From an uncultured Actinomycetota bacterium (lineage in GTDB: Bacteria > Actinomycetota > Actinomycetes > Mycobacteriales > Pseudonocardiaceae), in the NCBI GenBank assembly GCA_963816995.1, contig CAWFMI010000004.1, forward strand, positions 95,973 to 159,972: DNA of 64,000 nucleotides, written 5' to 3'. Of the stretch, positions 7,847 through 16,526 are shown piece by piece (positions within the stretch are counted from its first letter, which is position 1; the number at the start of each line of letters is the position of its first letter). The translations under genes and the position numbers were made by a program. Below the pieces are notes generated by a model. The model saw only the letters and a list, made by a program, of their open reading frames with translations. It ran no database searches and had not been told where the DNA came from.

Positions 7847-8866
7847 TCAGCGCCAGCCCAGCTCGGGGGCGAGGTGGGTGAGCACACTCTCGATGACGTG
7901 GGCGTTGTAGTCGACGCCCAGCTGGTTGGGCACGGTGAGCAGCAGCGTGTCCGCGGCGGCGATCGCCTCGTCCTCGGCGAGCTCGGCGACGAGCTTGTCC
8001 GGCTCACCCGCGTACGTCCGGCCGAACCGGGCGTTGCTGCCGTCCAGCCGGCCGACCTGGTCGGTGCTGTCCCGCTGTTGCCAGAAGAGCTGCCGATCGA
8101 GGTCGTTGACGACCGGGAAGATGCTGCGGCTGACCGACACGCGCGGCTCGCGGCTGTGGCCGGCGGCCTTCCAGGCGTCCCGGAACCGCTGGATCTGTTC
8201 GGCCTGGAGCTGGTGGAAGGGCACACCGGTGTCCTCGGAGAGCAGCGTCGAGCTCATGAGGTTCAGCCCCTGCTCGGCGGTCCACTCCGCGGTGGCCCGG
8301 GTTCCTGCGCCCCACCAGATCCGATCCCGCAAGCCTGGCGAGTGCGGCTCGATCCGCAGCAGGCCCGGCGGGTTGGGGAACATCGGGCGCGGGTTGGGCC
8401 GGGCGAACCCCTCGCCCTTGAGCACCTCGAGGAACGCTGCGGTGTGCTCGCGGGCCATGTCGGCGTCGCTCACACCCTCCGGCGGTACGTGCCCGAAGTA
8501 GCGGAAGCCGTCGATCACCTGCTCCGGTGATCCACGGCTGATACCCAGCTGCAGGCGGCCACCGGAGATGAGATCAGCCGCACCGGCGTCCTCGGCCATG
8601 TAGAGCGGGTTCTCGTACCGCATGTCGATCACGGCCGTACCCAGCTCGATCCGGCTGGTCCGCGCCCCGGCGGCGGCCAGCAGCGGGAACGGGGACGCGA
8701 GTTGCTGGGCGAAGTGGTGCACGCGGTAGTACGCGCCGTCGGCGCCCGCTTCCTCCGCGGCGACCGCGAGCTCGATCGACTGCAGGAGGGCGTCCGCCCC
8801 CGACCGCACCATCGAGTGCGGCGACTCCGACCAGTGCCCGAAGGACAGAAACCCCACCTTCTTCAC
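7847..8866 (-). CDS. LLM-class (luciferase-like) flavin-dependent oxidoreductase
   Basis: 339 aa with MKKVGFLSFGHW..., ...RIELGTAVIDMRYENPLYMAEDAG... and RLQLGISRGSPE, typical of luciferase-like monooxygenases. Confidence 0.8.
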   Translation of the reverse strand: MKKVGFLSFGHWSESPHSMVRSGADALLQSIELAVAAEEAGADGAYYRVHHFAQQLASPFPLLAAAGARTSRIELGTAVIDMRYENPLYMAEDAGAADLISGGRLQLGISRGSPEQVIDGFRYFGHVPPEGVSDADMAREHTAAFLEVLKGEGFARPNPRPMFPNPPGLLRIEPHSPGLRDRIWWGAGTRATAEWTAEQGLNLMSSTLLSEDTGVPFHQLQAEQIQRFRDAWKAAGHSREPRVSVSRSIFPVVNDLDRQLFWQQRDSTDQVGRLDGSNARFGRTYAGEPDKLVAELAEDEAIAAADTLLLTVPNQLGVDYNAHVIESVLTHLAPELGWR

Positions 8867-8995
8867 CCTGCAAGCAACTCCGCGGTGGCGAGTCGCATTC
8901 CGGGGTGGGTGCGGCCCGTTGCGAGCGACCGATGAATCTCGGTGGTCCGGTACGACTCACCTGTCAGACGCTATGACCTGGGCGAAGGGGAGACC

Positions 8996-9619
8996 GTGGC
9001 AGATGTCTGGGCACTGGTGCACGCGGAGCGTGCAGCCCTGATCGACGACCTCGAGCACGTCGACGATCACAGGTGGGAGGTGCCGTCGCTCTGCGGGGAG
9101 TGGACCGTGCACGACGTGGTCGCACATCTCGTGGACTCGGCTCGGACGACGCGCCTCGGTTTCCTGGCCGATCTTGCTCGGGCGAGGTTCGACTTCGATC
9201 GTTACAACGCCCGCGGAGTGGAGCGCGAGCGCGGGGCGTCACCCCAGGAGACGCTGGAGCAGCTCCGTCGGGTGGCGTCGCGCACGTCAAGTCCTCCGGC
9301 GCCCATCGACACCCGCCTCGTCGAGGAGGTCGTCCACGGCGAGGACATCCGCCGCCCCTTGGGGCTCACCCGCTCCTATCCGGAGGAAGCCGTCGTCCGA
9401 TCACTTCGCCTGCAGGCGCGCACCCCGGTGTCATTCGGCGGCGCCAAGGAGCTCGTGGCGCGGGTCCGGCTGACGGCAACGGACGCCGACCTGGCGATCG
9501 GCGACGGTCCGGACGTCACTGGCTCCGCACTCTCGTTGCTCCTGGCCGTCTCCGGGCGGCGGGTGGCGCTGGACGACCTCGAGGGGCCGGGAGTCGACGC
9601 GCTGACGTCCCACGTCTGA
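8996..9619 (+). CDS. DinB-like, mycothiol-dependent maleylpyruvate-isomerase-family protein
   Basis: WALVHAERAALIDDLEHVDDHRWEVPSLCGEWTVHDVVAHLV matches the N-terminal domain of this family. GTG 8996 follows GAAGGGGAG; the ORF opens at 8942. Confidence 0.7.
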   Translation: MADVWALVHAERAALIDDLEHVDDHRWEVPSLCGEWTVHDVVAHLVDSARTTRLGFLADLARARFDFDRYNARGVERERGASPQETLEQLRRVASRTSSPPAPIDTRLVEEVVHGEDIRRPLGLTRSYPEEAVVRSLRLQARTPVSFGGAKELVARVRLTATDADLAIGDGPDVTGSALSLLLAVSGRRVALDDLEGPGVDALTSHV

Positions 9620-9626
9620 TCGCGTG

Positions 9627-11375
9627 TCACGTCGCGGGGACGTCGTCCACCGGGATCTCTGCCTCGCCGCCCTCTTCGGCACCGCCCTCGGTGCCGCCCT
9701 CCTCCTCGGTGCCGCCGGCCGGCGGGACGCCAGGGTCCACCGGCGGGACTTCCGCGACGGTGGTGGTCTCAGGGGGCGGGGAGGCTGTGGTGGTCGTCGT
9801 TGTCGTGGTGGTGGTGGTTGTCGGATCGTCCGGTGGGTCCTCGGCGGCCGGCTGCTCGGCGGGAACGCCGCCGCCCTGGTTCTGCGGCCGCTGCGGGCGG
9901 ACGCCGCCCTGGTTCTGGGCAGGCACCTGGTTGACGGGGGCCGGGGCGGCCTCCTCGGGAGCCGGGGCCTCCGTGAGCTGGGGGACCTCGACGACGGACG
10001 TCGTCGTGGTGCCGCCCGTGGGGGTCGGGGTCGTGCGGTCGGGGCCGTACAGCAGGGCGGCGCCGATCGCGGCCGCGACCAGCAGGCCGCCCGCGCCGAA
10101 CACCACGGCCGGCCGGCGTGAGACCGATGTCGGCGGCAGGGTGGGGGCGAGCTGAGGCACGGGCGGCCGCGGCGGGTCGGTGATCGGCGGCTGGAATCTC
10201 GCCTGGGCGGCCGGTACCGGTACGGGCTGTACGGGCTGGACGGGTGTCGGCCGGGGCTGGAAGGCCGGCGCGACCGGTGGGATCACCACCGCGGGCCACG
10301 ACTCCGCGCGCGGCGAGATCGACAGCGCGGCGCCGAGGGCGATCGCGTTCTTCGGGTCGGCGTCCACCGCCACCGGGCGGTCGAACGCGGCCGACACCAG
10401 TTGGGCGACCAGCGGGATCCGCGAGGACCCGCCCACGAGCAGCACGGCGCTCAGATCCGCTGGAGTCAGGCCGGCCGACGCCACGGCGCGGTGCAGCGCG
10501 TCGACGCTCTCCTCGAGCTGCGGGCGGATCATCGTCTCGAACTCGCCGCGGGTCAGGCGCACCGCGGTCTGCAGCCCCGGCAGCAGGACAGCGATCCGCA
10601 CCTCGGTGTCGGCCGACAGCGCCTCCTTCGCCTCCTTGCACTCGCGACGCAGCCGGGATACGGCGGACACCACGGTCTCGTCGGCGGGATCGAGCTGGTC
10701 GAACGCCGCCCCGACGGCCTCGCGGACGTGCATGAACACCAGGTCGTCGAAGTCGACGCCACCGAGCCGGTCGATGCCTTCCGGCTGGCCGAGCAACGCG
10801 AACGTGCCGTTCTTGCGGACGACCGCGGAGTCGAACGTGCCACCGCCCAGGTCGTAGACCGCGATCGTGGACCCGCGCTCGACGCGTTCCGCCGCCGCGT
10901 AGCTGAGGGCGGCTGCCTGCGGCTCGGCCAGGAACGTCACGTCGAGGCCGCGGGTGGCCAGCGCGCGATGCAGCAGATCCTTCTTGTGCGGTCCCCACGA
11001 TGCCGGGTGGGTCAGGGCGATCCGCCGGGCCCGGGAGCCCTCGCGCTCGGCCACCCGCTCGACGACCCAGGCCACCAGCATCGCGGCCAGCTCGTGGGCC
11101 GGGTACGGCCTCCCGCCGACGACCAGCGGGGTCTCGTCGCCCACCTGCCGCTTGAACTCGCGGACCACGCGGTCCGGATCGGTCGTCGCCCGCCGCTCGG
11201 CCGCCTCGCCCACCAGGACCGTGCCGTCGGGAGCGAGGTAGAGCACGGACGGCACCTGGACCGCGCGATCGCCGAGGGACACCATCTCCGGGTCGGCGGG
11301 CTGCTGCTCCGTTGCGCGCGACACCGACGCAGCCGTATACGTCGTCCCGAGATCGATCCCGAGTTGATAGCTCAT
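9627..11375 (-). CDS. Hsp70-family ATPase domain fused to a Pro-rich linker, one TM helix and a low-complexity tail (no Hsp70 substrate-binding domain)
   Basis: GIDLGTTYTAASV, VYDLGGGTFDSAVV and LLVGGSSRIPLV are the Hsp70/actin-fold phosphate and adenosine motifs. After about residue 365 come P-rich sequence, the hydrophobic segment PAVVFGAGGLLVAAAIGAALLY, then a T/P/E/G-rich tail including an 11-residue Thr run. Confidence 0.85.
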   Translation of the reverse strand: MSYQLGIDLGTTYTAASVSRATEQQPADPEMVSLGDRAVQVPSVLYLAPDGTVLVGEAAERRATTDPDRVVREFKRQVGDETPLVVGGRPYPAHELAAMLVAWVVERVAEREGSRARRIALTHPASWGPHKKDLLHRALATRGLDVTFLAEPQAAALSYAAAERVERGSTIAVYDLGGGTFDSAVVRKNGTFALLGQPEGIDRLGGVDFDDLVFMHVREAVGAAFDQLDPADETVVSAVSRLRRECKEAKEALSADTEVRIAVLLPGLQTAVRLTRGEFETMIRPQLEESVDALHRAVASAGLTPADLSAVLLVGGSSRIPLVAQLVSAAFDRPVAVDADPKNAIALGAALSISPRAESWPAVVIPPVAPAFQPRPTPVQPVQPVPVPAAQARFQPPITDPPRPPVPQLAPTLPPTSVSRRPAVVFGAGGLLVAAAIGAALLYGPDRTTPTPTGGTTTTSVVEVPQLTEAPAPEEAAPAPVNQVPAQNQGGVRPQRPQNQGGGVPAEQPAAEDPPDDPTTTTTTTTTTTTASPPPETTTVAEVPPVDPGVPPAGGTEEEGGTEGGAEEGGEAEIPVDDVPAT

Positions 11376-11649
11376 GCGGCCCCCCTACGCCCGGTGTCGA
11401 TCGGAGCCTCCATGGCCGCGTGCCTGCGGTCATCCCCCGGCCGGGAAGTCGCGGTCCGATCCCCTAAACCCCCCAAGGCGCGCGACCACCCGGGTCCGAT
11501 CCGGAGCCCCTCTCGACTCCGTCGCATCCCGGATTGCAGGCCGCGCCGGAGTTCGTAGGGTTGCTGGCAATGCGCCGGATGTGCGGCGCGAGTGGCCGGG
11601 GGTGAGCGTGTCAGCCGATCCGAGCGCCTCCATCTGGGAGGTCACGCGG

Positions 11650-12246
11650 ATGATCCTGGACAATCCCGGGGTCAGCCCGTCTGCGATCGCGCACGCGCAC
11701 GGGTTCAGCGCGGTCGAGGTGGCGGAGCTTCTCCCGATCTTCCTCGACAATCTCCGCACCGACTTCTCCTCGGCCGACGGGCCCGCCCCCGCGCTCGTCC
11801 CGCCGGCGCCGCAGCCCGGCGAGACGCCCGAGGAGCACGCCGACCGCTACCTGCGCGATCTTGCTCAGCACGAACACCTCGACGTCGTCGGCTACGACAC
11901 GCTCGGTGCCACCGTCGGTGACCTGGACGGCGCCGATCTGGATAGCGCCGACCCCGATGGCGACCTCGACGGCGATCTCGGTCAGGACCCGACCTTCCTC
12001 GACCCGGCGCTGCCGGAGGTCCCCGGCGAGCTCGTCGAGCTCGCCGACGCCGCGGCCGAACATCCGGATGCGGACCTGCACGAGGCCGGCCCGGTGCACG
12101 ACCTCGCGGAGGACGACCCGTTCGCCGCGTCAGCGCCCCCCGAGACCGGCTCCCCGGGCGCCGACGACTCCTTCGACGACGATGCCTCCCTCGACGGTGC
12201 AGCCGCCGGCGCGGACGACTCCGGCGAACCGTTCGCGATGAGCTAA
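11650..12246 (+). CDS. Hypothetical polyacidic protein
   Basis: ATG 11650 lies 9 nt after GGGAGG. The first ~35 aa are ordered-looking (GVSPSAIAHAHGFSAVEVAELLPIF). The rest is Asp/Glu/Pro/Ala-rich (DLDGADLDSADPDGDLDGDLGQD...). No family recognised. Confidence 0.5.
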   Translation: MILDNPGVSPSAIAHAHGFSAVEVAELLPIFLDNLRTDFSSADGPAPALVPPAPQPGETPEEHADRYLRDLAQHEHLDVVGYDTLGATVGDLDGADLDSADPDGDLDGDLGQDPTFLDPALPEVPGELVELADAAAEHPDADLHEAGPVHDLAEDDPFAASAPPETGSPGADDSFDDDASLDGAAAGADDSGEPFAMS

Positions 12247-12417
12247 CACCCCCGACCCGGCAACCGAGTTCTACACCGCGCGCACTGTGTATCAGCGCCC
12301 GTTCGGGCGTCTCCTGTACCCGGTCGGATCGCTACCCTGATCGGGCTCCCCGGGCTCGCAGCGACAGCGTCAGGTACGGCGATCGGCGACGACGTCGACA
12401 CGGGAGGGCATGCCGCG

Positions 12418-15039
12418 GTGCAGACAACGGGCCGGACCGTGATGACCGCGGTGAAGGTCGAGAGCGCTGCCTCCGACAGCGCGCTCGTCGGCGCGCCCGC
12501 TGCTCGAAGGCTGTACCGGGAGATCGCGTCAGCGCCCGCGCTGCCGCGCCGCACCGTGGTGGTGGGACCGGGCGGCTGTGGCAAAACCGTGCTGCTCGAC
12601 ATGCTGGGCGATCTCTACCGTGGCGCCGGGCTCGCGGTCCGGCGGGACGTTCCGGCGGACGCCGAGCCGGTGGACCCGAACGTCGTGCTGCTCGTCGACG
12701 ACGCTCACGAGCTCGACGAGGCAGCACTGGGGCGGCTGCGGCTGTGGGCCGCCGATCCCGGGGCACAGGTCGTGCTCGCCCACCGGCCGTGGCCGCGGAG
12801 CGGGAAGCTCGCCTCGATCGTCGTCGCGTTCGGTGCGAAGAGGGGGCCGCTCTCGCTGGGCCCGCTGGATCGTCCCGGCGTCGCCGCCCGCGCCAACCTG
12901 CTGCTGGGGGAGCGGCCCACGGCGGAGCTGGTGGACCTGGTGTTCGAGCAGACGGGGGGCTCTCCGGACCTGGTCGACCGCCTGCTGGTGGGGCTGCGCG
13001 ACGAGCGGGCGCTCGATCGGCTCGGTTCCGGTGGTGAGCCGCCGGCCGCCGTCGTCCGGCAGCTGGGATACGAGATCGACGCGCAGCCGACCCGGGTCCG
13101 AGAGCTGCTGCTGGGCCGCACCGTGGGCGCCCCCATCGATCCGGACGTCCTCGGCGCGCTGCTCGACGTGGCCCCGGGGGCGGTGGGGGAGCTGCTCGAC
13201 CAGGCGGCCGCCACCGGTCTGCTCGACCCCGACGGCGGCGTCGTGCCGCTGGTACGGCACGCGCTGCTGCGGGTGGTCCCCGCTGCCCACCGCCTGGTGC
13301 TGCAGCGGCAGCTGGCCGAGATCCAGCTCGATGCCGGCGGCAGCGTGCTCGTCGCGGCGCGGGGTCTGATCGGCAGTGGGGCGACCGGCACCCGGGTGGC
13401 CACCGCGTTCGAACGTGCGGGTGACGAGGCGCTCCGCGAATGCCTTCCGGCCGCGACGGATCTGTTCGACGCCGCGGTGGAGGCCGGTGCGGCACCGCTG
13501 CCGCTGGCCGCGCGGCGGGCGGAGGCGGCGATGCTCGTCGGCGATCTGGACGCGGCGCTGCGGCGGGCCGATCAGGTGCTCGCCGAGCCGGCTTCGGCGG
13601 GGAGCGATGCGGTGGAGCGGGCAGTGGCGGTGGCCGCGGCGGTGCTGGCCCACCGCGGGATGCTGAGCCGCAGCGCCGATCTGTACCGGTGGCTCGCCGC
13701 GCAGCCGTTCGGTGGTCCGGCCCTGCTCGCGGTGCCCGCGCTCGTCGGCATCGGTGCGCTCGACGAGGCGCGCGACGTCCTGGCCGCGGCGCCGGGCGGC
13801 GCCGGCCAGGCACCCACCCTGCTGGCAGGTGCGGAGGCACTGCTCGCCCGTGGGGTCCACGACACCGTCGCCGGCAACCCGACCGCCGCGCTCTCCCAGC
13901 TCACGCGCGCGGCCGTGTTGTTGGAGTCGTCCGGCCGGGCGGCGCTGCTCCCGGACACGCCCGCGGCGCTGGCCGCACTGGTCGCGATCCACTGCGGGGA
14001 GCTGGACGTGGCGCAGTCCGTGCTGGGCCAGGCCGTCGCCGCGGGCCTCGGCGGACCCGCCGTCGTGGCACGGCACCTCCTCCTGCAGGCGCTGCTCGCC
14101 ATGCACCGCGGATCGGGCGCGCAGGCGCGGGCGCTGCTGCAGTCGGCGTCCGGTCGGGGGCGGCTCGAGCCGCGGGACGAGCTGCTGGCCGCCGCGCTCG
14201 ACGTCGGGCTGGCTCGCAGGGCGGGCGATCTCGCCGGCCTGCTGACCGGGTGGCGCCGGGCTCGGGAGGCCATCGTCCGGCACCCGATAGACCTGTACTC
14301 GCTGCAGCCGCTCGGCGAGCTCGTGGTCGGGGCCACCCGGCTGAACGAGCAGGGCTGGGTGCAGCCGTACCTGGACGAGGCCGAGGCGCTGCTCGACCGG
14401 CTGGGGGACCCGCCGTTGTGGGCGGTGTCGCTGCACTGGTCCGGGCTCCAGGCCGCGATCGGGTCCGATGCGGGCGCCGCGGCCCAGCGGCACGCGGCCG
14501 TCCTGGACCGCATGGCTCCCACCAGCCGGTACGCCGCCGCCGTGGCCACCGCGGGCCGGGAATGGCTGCGGAGCCTCGGCGGTGAGGTGGACGCGGACGC
14601 GGTGGAGGCCGCGGCCCGCGGCCTGCACGCCGCCGGCCTCAGCTGGGAGGGTGGGCGCCTGGCCAGCCAGGCCGCGATCCGCTGCCGGGACCGCAAGAGC
14701 ATGAACGCCCTGCTCGGCTGTGCCCGCGCGCTGCAGGCCGGCGCCGAGCAGCCCAGCACGGCACCTGCGGATCCGACGCCCGGCCGCGGGCAGCCCGTGC
14801 GCCGGGTGAAGGTGCCCGAGCAGGCGTCGGAGAGCTCGGCCGGCGCGATCAGCGGTCGGGAGCGGGAGGTGGCAGAGCTCGTCCTGTCCGGTCTCACCTA
14901 CAAGCAGATCGGTGAGCAGCTGTTCATCTCCGCGAAGACCGTGGAGAACCACGTCGCCCGGATGCGTCAGCGGCTGGGTTCCGGCAGCCGGGGCGAGCTC
15001 TTCGCCCACCTCCGCATGCTGGTGGGCGAAGGGCACTAG
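12418..15039 (+). CDS. Large ATP-binding LuxR-family regulator (LAL/MalT-like STAND ATPase)
   Basis: 873 aa with Walker A VVVGPGGCGKTVLLD near the N-terminus, a long helical Ala/Leu-rich middle and a C-terminal LuxR HTH REREVAELVLSGLTYKQIGEQLFISAKTVENHVARMRQRLG. Confidence 0.9.
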   Translation: MQTTGRTVMTAVKVESAASDSALVGAPAARRLYREIASAPALPRRTVVVGPGGCGKTVLLDMLGDLYRGAGLAVRRDVPADAEPVDPNVVLLVDDAHELDEAALGRLRLWAADPGAQVVLAHRPWPRSGKLASIVVAFGAKRGPLSLGPLDRPGVAARANLLLGERPTAELVDLVFEQTGGSPDLVDRLLVGLRDERALDRLGSGGEPPAAVVRQLGYEIDAQPTRVRELLLGRTVGAPIDPDVLGALLDVAPGAVGELLDQAAATGLLDPDGGVVPLVRHALLRVVPAAHRLVLQRQLAEIQLDAGGSVLVAARGLIGSGATGTRVATAFERAGDEALRECLPAATDLFDAAVEAGAAPLPLAARRAEAAMLVGDLDAALRRADQVLAEPASAGSDAVERAVAVAAAVLAHRGMLSRSADLYRWLAAQPFGGPALLAVPALVGIGALDEARDVLAAAPGGAGQAPTLLAGAEALLARGVHDTVAGNPTAALSQLTRAAVLLESSGRAALLPDTPAALAALVAIHCGELDVAQSVLGQAVAAGLGGPAVVARHLLLQALLAMHRGSGAQARALLQSASGRGRLEPRDELLAAALDVGLARRAGDLAGLLTGWRRAREAIVRHPIDLYSLQPLGELVVGATRLNEQGWVQPYLDEAEALLDRLGDPPLWAVSLHWSGLQAAIGSDAGAAAQRHAAVLDRMAPTSRYAAAVATAGREWLRSLGGEVDADAVEAAARGLHAAGLSWEGGRLASQAAIRCRDRKSMNALLGCARALQAGAEQPSTAPADPTPGRGQPVRRVKVPEQASESSAGAISGREREVAELVLSGLTYKQIGEQLFISAKTVENHVARMRQRLGSGSRGELFAHLRMLVGEGH

Positions 15040-16526
15040 GCCTGACGGAGTCCCGCGAGTATCCCCTCGCAGCTGCGCACCACCACCCGGGACGCGTTGG
15101 CCATGGCCCGGCTGGACATCGGGCTCTCCGCCCGCCGCCGCCAGACCGTCAGCCGGTTCATCGCCGCTGCCCGTAGCTCGTCCAGGCCGGCGTCCGCCGG
15201 AAGGCCGAGCCGCTGGTGGGGAGCGCTCCCGTCGGCGCCGATCAGCCGCTCCGCCTCCGCGACCTGTTCCTTCGGTGGCCGCAGGACCCGCCCCCGGAGG
15301 TCGGAGAGCAGCCGCAGCTCCGCGAACTCGTGCGCACCGGCCAGGATCCGCTCGACCTCGGCGGCGAGCGGTGCCGAGGTCGGCCGCGGTTCGCGGCGCA
15401 GCACCAGGTCGAGGGCGATCAGTGCGGAGCGTGCCTTCAGCACGTCCCGGCGTTCGGTGAACTGGCTGGCCAGGACCTGGCGCAGCTCGACCAATCCGCT
15501 GCGCTGCACCAGCTCCGCCGCGAGCGCGGAGGCGTCACCGACCCCCTGCCGGATGAGAGTGGTCGACAGCCGGAGCCCGAACATGCCGAACCGCTCGAGG
15601 AGCGCGCCGCGGACGCCCGAGGACGGCTCAGTGACGCCGTCGGCTGCCGCGAAGCGGTCGACGGTGAGCAGGAGTGCGTCCAGCTCGTCGGGCGGGAGGG
15701 CGGCCAGGGTGGCCAGCGCCGCGTACTCGTCCTGACGCATCGTGCGGCCGGTGACGGCGAGCAGGCCGGCCACGGGCACGACGGTCTGGCAGAACGCGCG
15801 CAGCATCTCGTCGGACCGGTAGCGCGCGGCGATCACGCGGGCCGACCGCAGGGCGTCGACGCGCCCGACGCCGACCTCGTCGGCGCGCGACAGCACGGCG
15901 ACGGTGTTGACCGGGGCGGCCCGGGCCACGCCCTGGTCGTGGAACGACTCGAGGAACCGCATGTCGGCGGAATGCAGGTGGCGCATCAGGTACAGCACCG
16001 CGTCCGCGGCGGACGGTGCGTCGTCGGGTGCGAGGAAGCGTTCGCTGCGGGCCGAGACGTCGAGCGACAGGGAGGCGATGCCGGGGGTGTCGATGAGCGT
16101 CGTGGCCCGCAGGCTCGCCGACGGCCACGTGACCTCCAGCCGGTCCACGGTCTCGGCGGGCGCGCCCAGGTCGATCTGCAGCGCACCACCGTTGCGCTCG
16201 ATGCGCAGCGGGCGGGGCTGCCCGCCGGCGCGCGGGTACAGCCGCACGGCCGGGGAATGCCCGTCCTGATACCAGGTCACCACCTTCGTGCACTCGCCCG
16301 CATCCGTAGGCGCGATGGCCTCCCCGACCAGGGCGTTGAGCAAGGTCGACTTGCCGGCCTTGACCTTGCCCGCGATGGCGAGGCGCAGCGGCTCGTCGTA
16401 GCGGTCGAGGTGGTGGCGCAACCACCGCAGGGCGTTCGGGCTGTCCCGATAGGTGTCGACGGCCCGCAGCAGCACCACACGGACCGATTCGCGCAGCCCG
16501 GGCGAGCCGCCCGCCGGCGCCGTCAC
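15036..16526 (-). CDS. Dynamin-like GTPase, IniC-like
   Basis: G1 motif LAIAGKVKAGKSTLLNAL and G3 motif LIDTPGI. Its GTG start overlaps the stop of the upstream dynamin-like gene (GTGA). Confidence 0.8.
   Translation of the reverse strand: MTAPAGGSPGLRESVRVVLLRAVDTYRDSPNALRWLRHHLDRYDEPLRLAIAGKVKAGKSTLLNALVGEAIAPTDAGECTKVVTWYQDGHSPAVRLYPRAGGQPRPLRIERNGGALQIDLGAPAETVDRLEVTWPSASLRATTLIDTPGIASLSLDVSARSERFLAPDDAPSAADAVLYLMRHLHSADMRFLESFHDQGVARAAPVNTVAVLSRADEVGVGRVDALRSARVIAARYRSDEMLRAFCQTVVPVAGLLAVTGRTMRQDEYAALATLAALPPDELDALLLTVDRFAAADGVTEPSSGVRGALLERFGMFGLRLSTTLIRQGVGDASALAAELVQRSGLVELRQVLASQFTERRDVLKARSALIALDLVLRREPRPTSAPLAAEVERILAGAHEFAELRLLSDLRGRVLRPPKEQVAEAERLIGADGSAPHQRLGLPADAGLDELRAAAMNRLTVWRRRAESPMSSRAMANASRVVVRSCEGILAGLRQA

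Noticed and set aside
9780-9830. Poly-Thr-encoding tract in the Hsp70-like tail as a possible phase-variable simple-sequence repeat
   Set aside because: The codons are mixed (ACC/ACG/ACA interspersed), so this is not a perfect microsatellite. Slippage-based switching is unlikely.
9073-11558. ORFs of 360-554 aa overlapping the Hsp70-like gene in other frames
   Set aside because: Shadow ORFs with RGPA-rich composition. Only the 9627-11375 minus-strand frame shows the Hsp70 nucleotide-binding motifs.
12332-15036. Long antisense and off-frame ORFs across the STAND/LuxR gene (502 aa, 835 aa, 441 aa, 381 aa and others)
   Set aside because: They have Arg/Pro/Ala/Gly-dominated composition and no recognisable motifs. 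They are typical shadow ORFs of a GC3-rich gene. The plus-strand frame has Walker A and LuxR HTH motifs.
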